Below, piece by piece: positions 11,494 to 20,397 of a stretch of 64,000 nucleotides of DNA. The DNA is from a virus. Lineage: Duplodnaviria > Caudoviricetes. The notes below the pieces were generated by a model. The model had not been told where the DNA came from and made no database searches. It worked only from the letters and a program-made list of their open reading frames with translations. How positions within the stretch are numbered: position 1 is the first letter of the stretch; every line of letters starts with the position of its first letter. The DNA is taken from positions 1 to 64,000 of the IMG/VR virus record IMGVR_UViG_3300033066_000360, one strand, 5' to 3'. A program made the translations under genes and the position numbers.

Positions 11494-11530
11494 AAATAGG
11501 TGGGCCAACAACCCACCTATTTATTTTTTA
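11494..11530 (+). terminator. intrinsic terminator
   Basis: AAATAGGTGGG-CCAACAA-CCCACCTATTT then ATTTTTTAT. Confidence 0.7.
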
Positions 11531-13346
11531 TGGCCGGGTCTGATTCCGGCCATGTCTAGGCCAACCTATTTGGACTAGCACATGAACCAAGTCAGATCCC
11601 TACCGGGCTTGCAAGAGTCTGGTTTGGCCATAAATGTGCAGGCTTTCGGCCTTATGTGCCCATTGGGGCTAAGGAGTTGTTCACATGATCGGCATATACA
11701 TCGAAGAGCAAAACATCGGGACTGTTTATTGGTTCCACCCCCATCAGGAGTGGAGAGGGGCAGTGGAGATGGCTCTCCAGCACCAAATGGCAATCGTCAC
11801 AGTTGTCAATGCTCCCGCCCTTTCCTTCGTCGGCCTTCTTCTCATGGCCCAGAAACTCCAGCAGAATGGGGAGTTTCTGGCCGGAAAGCTCCAGATCGAC
11901 ACAGAAGAGGGGCAGTACACCTTCCAAGGACGCATCTGCTGCCCATGCGGAGATCCATTCTGTCCCAATCGTTTCCTGCACATGCAACAGGAGCTTGGTA
12001 TTGAATAGAGGCGCGTAGGGAGAATGTGAGAGAGGGTGATACCACAAACATCCTCTCTCATGTATATCCTATGTGAGTAGTGGATTGTTGGTAGTGTTGT
12101 ATTTCCAAGGGATATCACAGATGTTTCTTGGAAATATTATGTAAAGTAGCGTGGTAATACACGCCATTAGGAGGTCAATCATGTTGATTAAGGTTGAGAT
12201 TTCATCAGAAGAGCGTGTGTACATTCCCATTGAGTTTGAGCAAGTTCAAACGTTTGCGGTCGATAACAAGGTAGTTGTGGTTGGGTATATCCGCGAAGAG
12301 AAGGACTTGGCGGATTGGCTTTGCGCGGAGGAAGATGACTCTCGTTTCCGGGTGGAAATCCATCTGAACGTTCGGCAGGCAAAGAACTTGATGGGCTTTC
12401 TTGAAGGACGGAAACCCCGAAAGCACGAGTTGGACATTAACTTCGATTGGATTGGTAACAGCTAGGAGGTAAATCATGAGATATGTGGAAAAGAGACTGA
12501 CCTGTTTGCTTTCTGTTGCGCGAATGAACGCTCATAGGAATGGGCTGTTCTTTGGTGCGCGTTCGAATACTCCTTATGCGAAGGAGGCAAGGGAGTATTT
12601 GGAAAACGCGGAGAACATGATGGCGTTGGGGCTTTGGGGAACTGGTCTTATGTTTCTCAAGAGAGTTAGTCATCTGATCTATTGATTTTCCAGCGGGAAA
12701 TAGGAGGTGAATCATGAATGCTTTGATTGGGTTTCTGATACTGACAATGATTGTGTGGGCCGTAGCATGGCTTATCCGCATGTTTGGCTTGCCCAAGGAA
12801 TAGTATGTGGACTATTCTTATTGTTGGTGGGCTGCTCCTAATTACCGTGATTGTCATTCCTTGCGTTGTGGAGGAACGTAAGGAACACAAGCGCCGCAAG
12901 ATCTTTTGCGAGTGGGACTTGGAGAAAGGTGCTCGCTGGCAAATGCTCGGTTTGATAAAGGAGGACAGAGAACAAAGCGATGCAGAGTGGATCATTTTCC
13001 GGCGGGAAATGTTGAGGGAGAACTTGGCTACCTTAAGGAGGTTGCAACGTGAATACGAACAAGCTGGCGGAGAATTTCCGCCTGACAGCAAGTATTGAAG
13101 ATGGTTGGGTAGTAATTCGTGATAAGTATGATCAGATTATTACCCAAAAGCCCGGAACAAGCTCTGCTTCAATTGCAGAGGCGTTCATCGAAGCAGATCT
13201 CATCATGCGTGGGGAATACGTTCCTACAATGGAGGAATAAATGATTTATGTGATTCTCGGATTGATTCTCGGTGCATTGGCTGTCATAGCGGGATTGATT
13301 CTGTGGACAGCTTTGAGCAACAGGAATTTCTAGTAAAGGAGGATAC

Positions 13347-14045
13347 ATGAGAACGTTTCTTGTGGGAGGTGCAGTTCGTGATAAGTTGATGGGCATCAAA
13401 CCCAAAGACTTGGACTTCGCTGTTGAGGCGGAGTCTTATGAGAAGATGAGGCAAGGTCTTTTGGATCAGGGATTCAAGATCTGGCTTGAGAGTCCTGCGT
13501 TCTTTACACTACGATGCTCTATTCCCAATGGGCATTGGGGCAGAGAGTACGGGAAAGACGCAGACTTTGTTCTGTGTCGGCGCGATGGGATCTACACCGA
13601 TGGGCGTAGGCCCGATAGCGTGGGAGTTGGGACCATTCTTGAAGATCTTAAGAGGCGAGACTTCACGATGAATGCAATGGCTATTGCGGAGGATGGCACA
13701 TTGCTTGATCCCCATGGCGGCAAGGGAGACTTGGAACTCAAGCTCATTCGCTTTGTGGGTAATCCTACTGAGCGTATCTTTGAGGATGGTTTGCGGGTGT
13801 TGAGAGCGCTCAGATTCAGCGTAACCAAAGAAATGAAATTCGCAGGAGCAACAAGGAGTGCTCTTGAGTCAGATGATGCTGCGCGTTGTTTGGCGCGAGT
13901 CGCAGACGAACGCATTTATGAGGAGTTGAAGAAGATGTTTGTCAAAACTCGCACATCCTTGTCCTTGCTGAATGAGTTCCCAAGGATTAGGCGTGTGTGC
14001 TTTCAGGGCAAGGTTCGCCTAATGCCCACAATGGAGACTGTATGA
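13347..14045 (+). CDS. cca: class II tRNA nucleotidyltransferase (CCA-adding enzyme-like), compact
   Basis: LVGGAVRD, DLDFAV, DLKRRDFTMNAMA, EDGLRVLRALRF, VADERIYEELKKM motifs. Confidence 0.9.
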   Translation: MRTFLVGGAVRDKLMGIKPKDLDFAVEAESYEKMRQGLLDQGFKIWLESPAFFTLRCSIPNGHWGREYGKDADFVLCRRDGIYTDGRRPDSVGVGTILEDLKRRDFTMNAMAIAEDGTLLDPHGGKGDLELKLIRFVGNPTERIFEDGLRVLRALRFSVTKEMKFAGATRSALESDDAARCLARVADERIYEELKKMFVKTRTSLSLLNEFPRIRRVCFQGKVRLMPTMETV

Positions 14046-14298
14046 GTCGGAATATCATCGTTGTTACTGAGCAGAATCGCAAGGATATTGAGCAGATCAT
14101 TCCCGTTCAAGTTGGTATTGGGCATGTGATTGCTTTTGGAAATGATCGCGCCCTTGGCTATTGGGCAGATGTGACAGACCCAATAGCGAAGATGATTGGG
14201 CCTATTGGGAAACCGATGAGGTCTTCAACAAACGGTTGCCCAAGTCAATCGAGACTGTCTTCAACCTTATGAAACTGCCACATCGTGTAATTGCATAG

Positions 14299-14554
14299 GG
14301 GCCTACCGGCCTTAAAGAGGAGGTAGTGTGACAACTGCTTTGAACAAAAGTATGGATACTGTCAAGCGAAAGCTTGACGAGTCTGTCGAAATGCGCTCTG
14401 CGTACAAAAAGAGCGTAACTGAAAGTAGGCCTACCGGCCTTAAAGAGGGAGTGAAAGCTCCATTGAAGCAGACAGAAACGCTTATTACGGATGATGCGGG
14501 GATCGACTTGGTTCCCGACTTGTCCGAATATGAATAGTGGCCTACCGGCCATTA
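14299..14554 (+). repeat. three copies of GGCC-TACC-GGCC hairpin followed by (C/A)TTAAAG
   Basis: Copies at 14299-14312, 14427-14440 and 14538-14551. Confidence 0.85.
14328..14537 (+). CDS. hypothetical protein
   Basis: GTG start after GAGGAGG RBS. Confidence 0.5.
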   Translation: MTTALNKSMDTVKRKLDESVEMRSAYKKSVTESRPTGLKEGVKAPLKQTETLITDDAGIDLVPDLSEYE

Positions 14555-14619
14555 AAGGGGATATTCCCCACAATTTGCCCGTAAGGGCGCAAAATCCCGT
14601 AATGGGAAAGGAGATACTA

Positions 14620-15396
14620 ATGGATATCAAGACTTTTACTGTGCCCGTTCTGGTTGACCTGCATGCTGAGCGCCAGCCCGGTTTGCCGCCCCTGTACACC
14701 AAGGGTGGCCCTGCCGGTGATGGCGTGAAGCCGCTCGGTCAGCGTGGCAACCTCTTCGCTGAGTTCTGGTGCTCAAGCACCAACAAGGGCGAAGATGGCA
14801 AGCCGATTCCTTCCCCGATGCAGACGGTGCTCGGCGTGAAGCATCTGGCATACGCCAAGGGTCTGGTTGTGGACAGCGGACGCTTGAAGATCGAGAATGT
14901 TCAGGCGATTGATGAGGACGGTGTGATTCGTCCCGCAGTGTCGATCCCGGTCAGCGTTACCACCATTCAGGTGGAGCTTGATCCGACTCCCAAGCAGATC
15001 GAAATGGGCGCGATTGCCGTTACGGGTTCCAGCGAGAGCGCCAAGATCCTGCGCCGGACCAATGGCCGCGCTGTCGGTTCGCTCAAGCCTGCTGATGCTA
15101 ATGGGAAGCGGTATGCCCACAGCTTTGTGGTGCATGTCGTTGTTCCGGCTGAACAGGCTCGGAAGTTCGATGTTGCGGCTCGTCGCCAGATCGAAGTTAC
15201 GGACATGCATGACATTGAGGGCGCTCCCGGCTATGTGCGCGGCACTTGGGTTCAGATCACGAACATTGATGCGACTCTCGATAAGAACAAGGGTGAAGTT
15301 GCTTCGCCTGAGAAGGGCATGAAGATCGGCAGCGAAGTGGACAACAGCGGCATCAAGGCGTTTACGGAGCCGGAGTTCGTTCCGGCACAGCAGTAG
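14620..15396 (+). CDS. hypothetical protein co-transcribed upstream of the RNA polymerase gene
   Basis: AAGGAG RBS before ATG 14620; strong GC3 codon bias; acidic C-terminal tail. Confidence 0.7.
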   Translation: MDIKTFTVPVLVDLHAERQPGLPPLYTKGGPAGDGVKPLGQRGNLFAEFWCSSTNKGEDGKPIPSPMQTVLGVKHLAYAKGLVVDSGRLKIENVQAIDEDGVIRPAVSIPVSVTTIQVELDPTPKQIEMGAIAVTGSSESAKILRRTNGRAVGSLKPADANGKRYAHSFVVHVVVPAEQARKFDVAARRQIEVTDMHDIEGAPGYVRGTWVQITNIDATLDKNKGEVASPEKGMKIGSEVDNSGIKAFTEPEFVPAQQ

Positions 15397-15403
15397 TGTA
15401 GTT

Positions 15404-15443
15404 GGCCGGTGGGTAGAAATATCCACCGGCCTTTTCCTCTTTT
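15404..15443 (+). terminator. intrinsic terminator
   Basis: GGCCGGTGGGTA-GAAA-TATCCACCGGCC then TTTTCCTCTTTT. Confidence 0.75.
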
Positions 15444-15487
15444 CCGGTCAGAAATGATCTATGTAGAGCGGTAGCTCAAGGAGAAAA

Positions 15488-17980
15488 GTGGCAAAGTTCC
15501 CCGATACGATGACGATTATCGTCAAAGATACGGAGCACGATGGCTTGGCCTTCTGGAAGTGGCCAAGGAAGAACTACTGCACGAATCTCTTCTTCCAACA
15601 CGGGATAGACCACATCTATCTCGATTTCGGAGCAATCAAGAATCGTGACGTGTGGGTTCCCAAGCATTGGGATCGGATTCTCAAGTGGTTGGGAGAGAAT
15701 GGATATGGGCGGTACGAGTTGCGTGGGCATGGTCAGAACGCAAAGACCGGACTCATGCTCATGATTAACAAGAAGCAGCGTCATATGTTCGAAGCGCATG
15801 AGGATGCAATCCGATTGGGCGGACTGTTCGGTGCGCCTCTTTGGTATGGAGTGCAGAAGCGGAAGGATGTGATCGTGCTTCTCGTTCCCGACAACTGGCC
15901 GGGATGCGGAGATGGATACGGTGGAGCGAAGTGGCTCAAGTCCCCATTCCAGTTCCGCGCAAGTGCCTTCATTGGCACGAAGTTCGAAGAGGGATTTGGT
16001 ATCAAGGGGCAAATCGGGAACACCGTATACATCCCTGATGGAATCGACATGGTTCTGCCAATTTCCACTGTGAAAGGCCCAACCTTGGCCCTACTCAAGA
16101 AGATGGTCAAGGAAGAGTCGAAGTACGGTGATATGGCGGAATATCCGGCGTTCAAATTGAACAATCTGCGGATTGGTTACATGGCGCAGGCGAACAAGGG
16201 CAACATGCGAATGGGCTACATGGTTGCTCAACACTGGCCCGATTACATCTATGATGCAATGCACGATGATGTAGCTGCCGCCGCAGAGCGTGTCCGCAAG
16301 TTCAAGGAGGATCCTCTGTCCTACCTTGAGAAGGAGCGTGTCAGGGACGAAAATGGGGAGTTGGTGGACTCCTATCTGCTAGAGGATGATGACGGTGAGG
16401 AGACACAGGGCATTGAAGCCATTCTGCCGCAATACGCAAAGTATGTGTTCCGGACTGGCGATAAGAGCCTGTTGTATACCAAGACAATTGCTCGCATCAT
16501 CCAGAATCAGATCGCGCAAATGTCGCAGGATGCGATTCTGACTGGTGGCAAGAAGCTGCTCAGTGCAGTTGCCATGCCCATTCCAGCCCAGATGTATGGC
16601 AAGGCGAAGCTTGGCGTGATCTATCTCCATCCGAAGATGATGGGACCGTTCCGCGCAACAGGTGTGGCTGGTGTTATCCGACACCCGTATCCGTCTGAAA
16701 ACGCTGGTGTAAGCGTGCGAGTTGAGGCGGATCCTAGCGTCCCACTCCTGAATGATGCGGGACAGGAAGTGCGGAATGTGTGCTTTATTCAGGAAACCTT
16801 GCGAGTTACCGGCGTGGACTTCGACATGGATTCGCTTGGTCTACTGTCTGTTCCTCACAAAGACTCGTGGGAGATGATGGTTCTGGATCGGTGGGCCATG
16901 TTGCCACCGATTGCTACTGGTGGTGAACGAGTAGCATCCAGCGTTCCGCCGAAAGACTACATGGAGGCGTGGTGCAACGCCGCTGCCGGAGACATTGGGC
17001 TTATCACGAACTTGAAGAGTCGGCTTGCTGCCGCTCGTCATTGGGTAGATAAGTCGTGGTGGCCTCTGATTCAGGAGACGGATGACAAGCTCTCTGTAGA
17101 ACTGCAAGCCGCCGTGGATCAGGCTAAGCATAACCAGAAACCCGACAAGCAGGTTATCAAGGATGCTCAGGAACTGTTGGTGAAATTGAACTCCATTCCC
17201 GAAGATAGCTCATACATCCGTCTGCTTGGCAACAAGCCGGAGCGATGGTGGGCGTTCAACAAGGCAGGGAAGTTCAATGCGCCAGATCCTGAGGCGTTGT
17301 CTCTGCGGACTCCACTCGGACGACATGTGCGGAAGCATCTTCCGCTCATTCCAAGCAAGGGGATGGAAGTATGGGCGAATAGCTTCTTCGTGAACAAGAT
17401 CAAGGAGCGCCCCGGTCCCGGCTATAACGCTGGAGTGGCGTTGTGGAAAGAGATGGGAACCCATCTGGAAGTTATTGCGAAAGCTGGCTTCTACTGGGAA
17501 GAGGCGAAGGAACGTCGCGCAGACGTTGGGAAGTGGTGGACTTCTGTATGGGCGGAGCTTGCAGAGGGAGATCAGACATTCCTTGAGCAAGCAACCAGTG
17601 CGATCTGGCGCTTGGCGTTCATGACAGACGAAAGCAATCAGAACCGGCTGTGGGGAGCGCATCTGCCCACGATCTTTCGGTTGCTTGAGCAGGATCTTCC
17701 GCGTCCGACAACTGGCGATCTTCCACCACCGGAGCCGATTGATGTTAAGGGCCGCTTGATTGGAATTGGTCTGAACAAGATCAAGTCTGATGCGATTCTT
17801 GAGGTTCGCGGACTTCGAAATGGCGTGAACGCGAGAGGAGAAGTCCATCAATATGTGCTGACTGACGACAATCCAGAAATGGGTTGGATGGTTGTTGACG
17901 CTACCTTGCCGGATGGATTCAAGGGGCGATTGCGTGTCAAGCCGCAATGGAATGCCTCTAGCTCGTTTCAAACTTGGTAG
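15488..17980 (+). CDS. single-subunit double-psi beta-barrel RNA polymerase (YonO / eukaryotic RdRP-like)
   Basis: Family motifs in correct order: GDGYG, PFQFR...GIKG, PISTVK, IRHP, DFDMD (codons 16817-16831), DIGLITN, AVDQAK. Confidence 0.8.
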   Translation: MAKFPDTMTIIVKDTEHDGLAFWKWPRKNYCTNLFFQHGIDHIYLDFGAIKNRDVWVPKHWDRILKWLGENGYGRYELRGHGQNAKTGLMLMINKKQRHMFEAHEDAIRLGGLFGAPLWYGVQKRKDVIVLLVPDNWPGCGDGYGGAKWLKSPFQFRASAFIGTKFEEGFGIKGQIGNTVYIPDGIDMVLPISTVKGPTLALLKKMVKEESKYGDMAEYPAFKLNNLRIGYMAQANKGNMRMGYMVAQHWPDYIYDAMHDDVAAAAERVRKFKEDPLSYLEKERVRDENGELVDSYLLEDDDGEETQGIEAILPQYAKYVFRTGDKSLLYTKTIARIIQNQIAQMSQDAILTGGKKLLSAVAMPIPAQMYGKAKLGVIYLHPKMMGPFRATGVAGVIRHPYPSENAGVSVRVEADPSVPLLNDAGQEVRNVCFIQETLRVTGVDFDMDSLGLLSVPHKDSWEMMVLDRWAMLPPIATGGERVASSVPPKDYMEAWCNAAAGDIGLITNLKSRLAAARHWVDKSWWPLIQETDDKLSVELQAAVDQAKHNQKPDKQVIKDAQELLVKLNSIPEDSSYIRLLGNKPERWWAFNKAGKFNAPDPEALSLRTPLGRHVRKHLPLIPSKGMEVWANSFFVNKIKERPGPGYNAGVALWKEMGTHLEVIAKAGFYWEEAKERRADVGKWWTSVWAELAEGDQTFLEQATSAIWRLAFMTDESNQNRLWGAHLPTIFRLLEQDLPRPTTGDLPPPEPIDVKGRLIGIGLNKIKSDAILEVRGLRNGVNARGEVHQYVLTDDNPEMGWMVVDATLPDGFKGRLRVKPQWNASSSFQTW

Positions 17981-17988
17981 GAGGATTT

Positions 17989-18363
17989 ATGTGGACACTG
18001 ATTTTCTGCAAGAAGGATGCTTGGGATAATCAAGAGGAGCGTGAGATAGCAAAAAGCAATCCTCATGTGCACAATGAATTTGAAGATATCCTGGAAATGG
18101 GAATAATCTGTAAAATTCAGTTGCATGTTTACCGGGCTGGTCGCGCAAGACTTGACCAGCCCAGTCATGCTCCAATGGAATGGAGTCATCCATATGTCCA
18201 GCGAACGGTCAGGGATCTCAAGAAAGATTACAAGGAGTCCATGAAGGATTTTATGTGGGCAGATTCTCAGGGATTTGCATCCGGGGATTTGGACTGTGAC
18301 AATGCATGGTATGAAATTAGAGATTCTAATGGAATACCTATTGACAGGTTCGTGCAGTTCTGA
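17989..18363 (+). CDS. hypothetical protein
   Basis: AGGAGG RBS then ATG 17989. Confidence 0.6.
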   Translation: MWTLIFCKKDAWDNQEEREIAKSNPHVHNEFEDILEMGIICKIQLHVYRAGRARLDQPSHAPMEWSHPYVQRTVRDLKKDYKESMKDFMWADSQGFASGDLDCDNAWYEIRDSNGIPIDRFVQF

Positions 18364-18369
18364 TACGAT
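18341..18369 (+). promoter_or_regulatory. sigma70-type promoter for the Y RNA array
   Basis: TTGACA-17 bp-TACGAT with extended -10 TGn; predicted +1 at 18376 coincides with the first Y RNA 5' end. Confidence 0.75.
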
Positions 18370-18375
18370 ACTAAA

Positions 18376-18461
18376 GGCGTGGTGTTAGGGATACCGCTAC
18401 TTCAAAAACTATCTTACAGGTTCTGCCGAAAGGCAAGCTGCGGTCCCGTAAATTTCCCGCC
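18376..18461 (+). ncRNA. Y RNA-like 1 (short type)
   Basis: GGCG-T-GG...CC-CGCC terminal helix, GGGATACCGC/GCGGTCCC second helix, TACTTC, TGCC-GAAA-GGCA hairpin. Confidence 0.7.
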
Positions 18462-18474
18462 GGAAAAGTAAAGT

Positions 18475-18607
18475 AGGGTGGTGTCAGTGGACGGTTACTT
18501 CACTTGTAATGACGAGTCCCAAGTTCGAATCTTGGCATCGCGGTGGAAACGCCCCGGTGTAGCTTAGTGGCAAAGCGCGAAAAATACTGTCTGCGTCCTT
18601 TCCCCCT
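18475..18607 (+). ncRNA. yrlA: Y RNA-like 2 (YrlA-like, tRNA mimic)
   Basis: AGGG-T-GG/CC-CCCT helix, TACTTC, T arm CCAAG-TTCGAAT-CTTGG, loop-closed acceptor stem, D arm TAGCTTAGTGGCAAAGC. Confidence 0.8.
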
Positions 18608-18620
18608 CAAAATGAATACA

Positions 18621-18759
18621 AGAAGTGGTGTTAGTGATCGGATACTTCATCCAAATCTTTTGGTCATTGGTTCAAATCCAATTTTCCCCGCTCTTGGGGA
18701 AATAGCTCAGCTTGGTAGAGCAAAGGACAAACAAGCCCGATTGCGATCATTTCCCTTCT
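18621..18759 (+). ncRNA. yrlA: Y RNA-like 3 (YrlA-like, tRNA mimic)
   Basis: AGAAG-T-GG/CC-CTTCT helix, TACTTC, T arm ATTGG-TTCAAAT-CCAAT, closed acceptor TTTCCCC/GGGGAAA, D arm TAGCTCAGCTTGGTAGAGC. Confidence 0.8.
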
Positions 18760-18772
18760 GAACAACAGAATA

Positions 18773-18859
18773 TGAGTGGTGCTAGTTCACTGTTACTTCA
18801 AAAGAATTAGGCTCTTTGCCGAAAGGCACGAAAAACAACAGTGGGCGCTCTTTCCCTCA
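18773..18859 (+). ncRNA. Y RNA-like 4 (short type)
   Basis: TGAG-T-GG/CC-CTCA helix, TTCACTGTT/AACAGTGGG helix, TACTTC, TGCC-GAAA-GGCA. Confidence 0.7.
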
Positions 18860-18871
18860 GAATGTAAATAC

Positions 18872-18948
18872 GCGGTGGTGTAGAGGACGGTTACTTCTAA
18901 CTTGAAAATGGATTGCCGAAAGGCTACCCGTTCTCGCTCTTTCCCCGC
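18872..18948 (+). ncRNA. Y RNA-like 5 (short type)
   Basis: GCGG-T-GG/CC-CCGC helix, GAGGACGG/CCGTTCTC helix, TACTTC, GCC-GAAA-GGC. Confidence 0.7.
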
Positions 18949-18956
18949 TAAATCTG

Positions 18957-18983
18957 AGGCTCTGCGAAAGCAGAGCCTTTTCT
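18957..18983 (+). terminator. terminator-like hairpin between Y RNAs and Ro60
   Basis: AGGCTCTGC-GAAA-GCAGAGCCT then TTTCT. Confidence 0.65.
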
Positions 18984-18996
18984 ATGGAGGTTACTC

Positions 18997-20397
18997 ATGG
19001 CTTCAATCAACAAGCGTGTAGTGTCAAAGGCTCCTGTTACCCATAATGGTGGACAGGCAGATCGAATCAGCAATTATGAAGCGCTTAAGCGCTCTGTTAT
19101 GACTGCAATGCTCGGAGAGAATAGTTTCTACGAGAGTGGCGAATCTTTGAAGGTTCGCATCATGGAACTGTCCAAGAAAGTGGATGCCATGAAGGTTGCG
19201 GAATTGGCGGTAGATGCTCGTGAGAACGGGAAGCTTCGCCACGTACCGCTCTGGTTGGCAGTATGTCTTGCTCGTAGGAGCAAGGAAATCAAGATCGCGC
19301 CACTCTTGGCGCGGATTATTCGTCGCCCAGATGAGATGGGTGAGTTTCTTGCTCTTCTCAAGGAAGCAAATGGCAGGGAAGTTCGTAAGCCATCTGGCGG
19401 CATCAAGCTTCCCTCACAGGTCCGCAAGGGTTTGGCGCTTTCTTTTGCTGGATTCAATGAATACCAGCTTGCAAAGTGGAAGGGTAACAGGGATCAGATT
19501 CGTCTGATTGATGTTCTCCGCATGGTTCGCCCAGTTCCCGACAATGAAGACATGGCGGCTCTCTGGAAGCGTCTCAAGGATGGCAAGCTAGCCCCACCAG
19601 ACACTTGGGAGCGTCGTCTCTCTGCGGGAGAGAAGAAGGAAAAGGTATGGACTGATCTCCTAAACGCTCCAAAGGACAAGGGACTTGGATACATGGCTCT
19701 CCTCATGAATCTACGAAACATGAAGAATGCCGGTGTTCCGAAGGATCTTGTTGCGGGGCAGTTGATTCCACGCGCTCGGAAGTCGTGGGCACTTCCATTC
19801 AGGTTCATTTCTGCAAGGGATGCTGTTCCTGAATGGAAGGACATTATTGACCTTGCAATGCAGGAGTCGGTAAAGGGATTGCCGCGTTTGATGGGTAAGA
19901 CCATTCTTCTTGTGGATCTTTCAGGAAGCATGGTTGGTCCAATCGTTGGTAAGAGCAAGCTGGATCGCCGTGATGCGGCTTGTGCTCTTGGCATTCTGGT
20001 TGATGGTGTTTGCGAAAATGCTGCGATCTACGGATTCAGCACAAATATCGCTCTCGCCAAGGGGCCAAAGAAGAATGCCAATCTTGCAGGTTTCGAGCTG
20101 TTTGACGCTATCCAGCGCTCAAATAGTGGTGGAACCAACGTTGGCTACTGCGTTGAAGCGGCGATTCGTGAGAATCCAGACGCAGATCGAATCATTGTCA
20201 TCACGGATGAACAGTCCAGTGATCGTGTGTCTTCTCCAAAGATGCGTGGTTACATGGTGAATGTTGCCAGCTACCAGAACGGTGTTGGTTACGGCGGCAA
20301 TTGGACTCATATCAATGGGTTCAGCGAAAACGTTTTGAGCTTCATTTCTGCTCTTGAGAATGGAGTTATCACAGGCACAGAGGATGAGGAGGAATAA
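18997..20397 (+). CDS. rsr: Ro60 / TROVE-domain RNA-binding protein with vWA domain
   Basis: THNGG, LRHVPLWL, FNEYQLAKW, TWE, YMALLMNLRN, LPFRF, VDLSGSM, GGTN, RIIVITDEQ. Confidence 0.92.
   Translation: MASINKRVVSKAPVTHNGGQADRISNYEALKRSVMTAMLGENSFYESGESLKVRIMELSKKVDAMKVAELAVDARENGKLRHVPLWLAVCLARRSKEIKIAPLLARIIRRPDEMGEFLALLKEANGREVRKPSGGIKLPSQVRKGLALSFAGFNEYQLAKWKGNRDQIRLIDVLRMVRPVPDNEDMAALWKRLKDGKLAPPDTWERRLSAGEKKEKVWTDLLNAPKDKGLGYMALLMNLRNMKNAGVPKDLVAGQLIPRARKSWALPFRFISARDAVPEWKDIIDLAMQESVKGLPRLMGKTILLVDLSGSMVGPIVGKSKLDRRDAACALGILVDGVCENAAIYGFSTNIALAKGPKKNANLAGFELFDAIQRSNSGGTNVGYCVEAAIRENPDADRIIVITDEQSSDRVSSPKMRGYMVNVASYQNGVGYGGNWTHINGFSENVLSFISALENGVITGTEDEEE

Larger units (their letters stand above)
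8290..13240 (+). other. early-type region of small hypothetical genes (8290-8682, 8790-9008, 9116-9316, 9410-9673, 9818-10198, 10349-11068, 11112-11492, 11685-12008, 12181-12465, 12476-12685, 12784-13098, 13049-13240)
   Basis: Most ORFs have GGAG-type RBS and several are separated by terminator hairpins; no family recognised. Confidence 0.6.

Noticed and set aside
14299-14554. Mini-CRISPR interpretation of the three GGCCTACCGGCC repeats
   Set aside because: Spacing of about 110-130 nt is too long and irregular, and the same motif is dispersed elsewhere as single copies.
18376-18948. CRISPR array interpretation of the repeated units
   Set aside because: No identical direct repeats; conservation is structural with paired ends; no cas genes; a Ro60 gene is adjacent.
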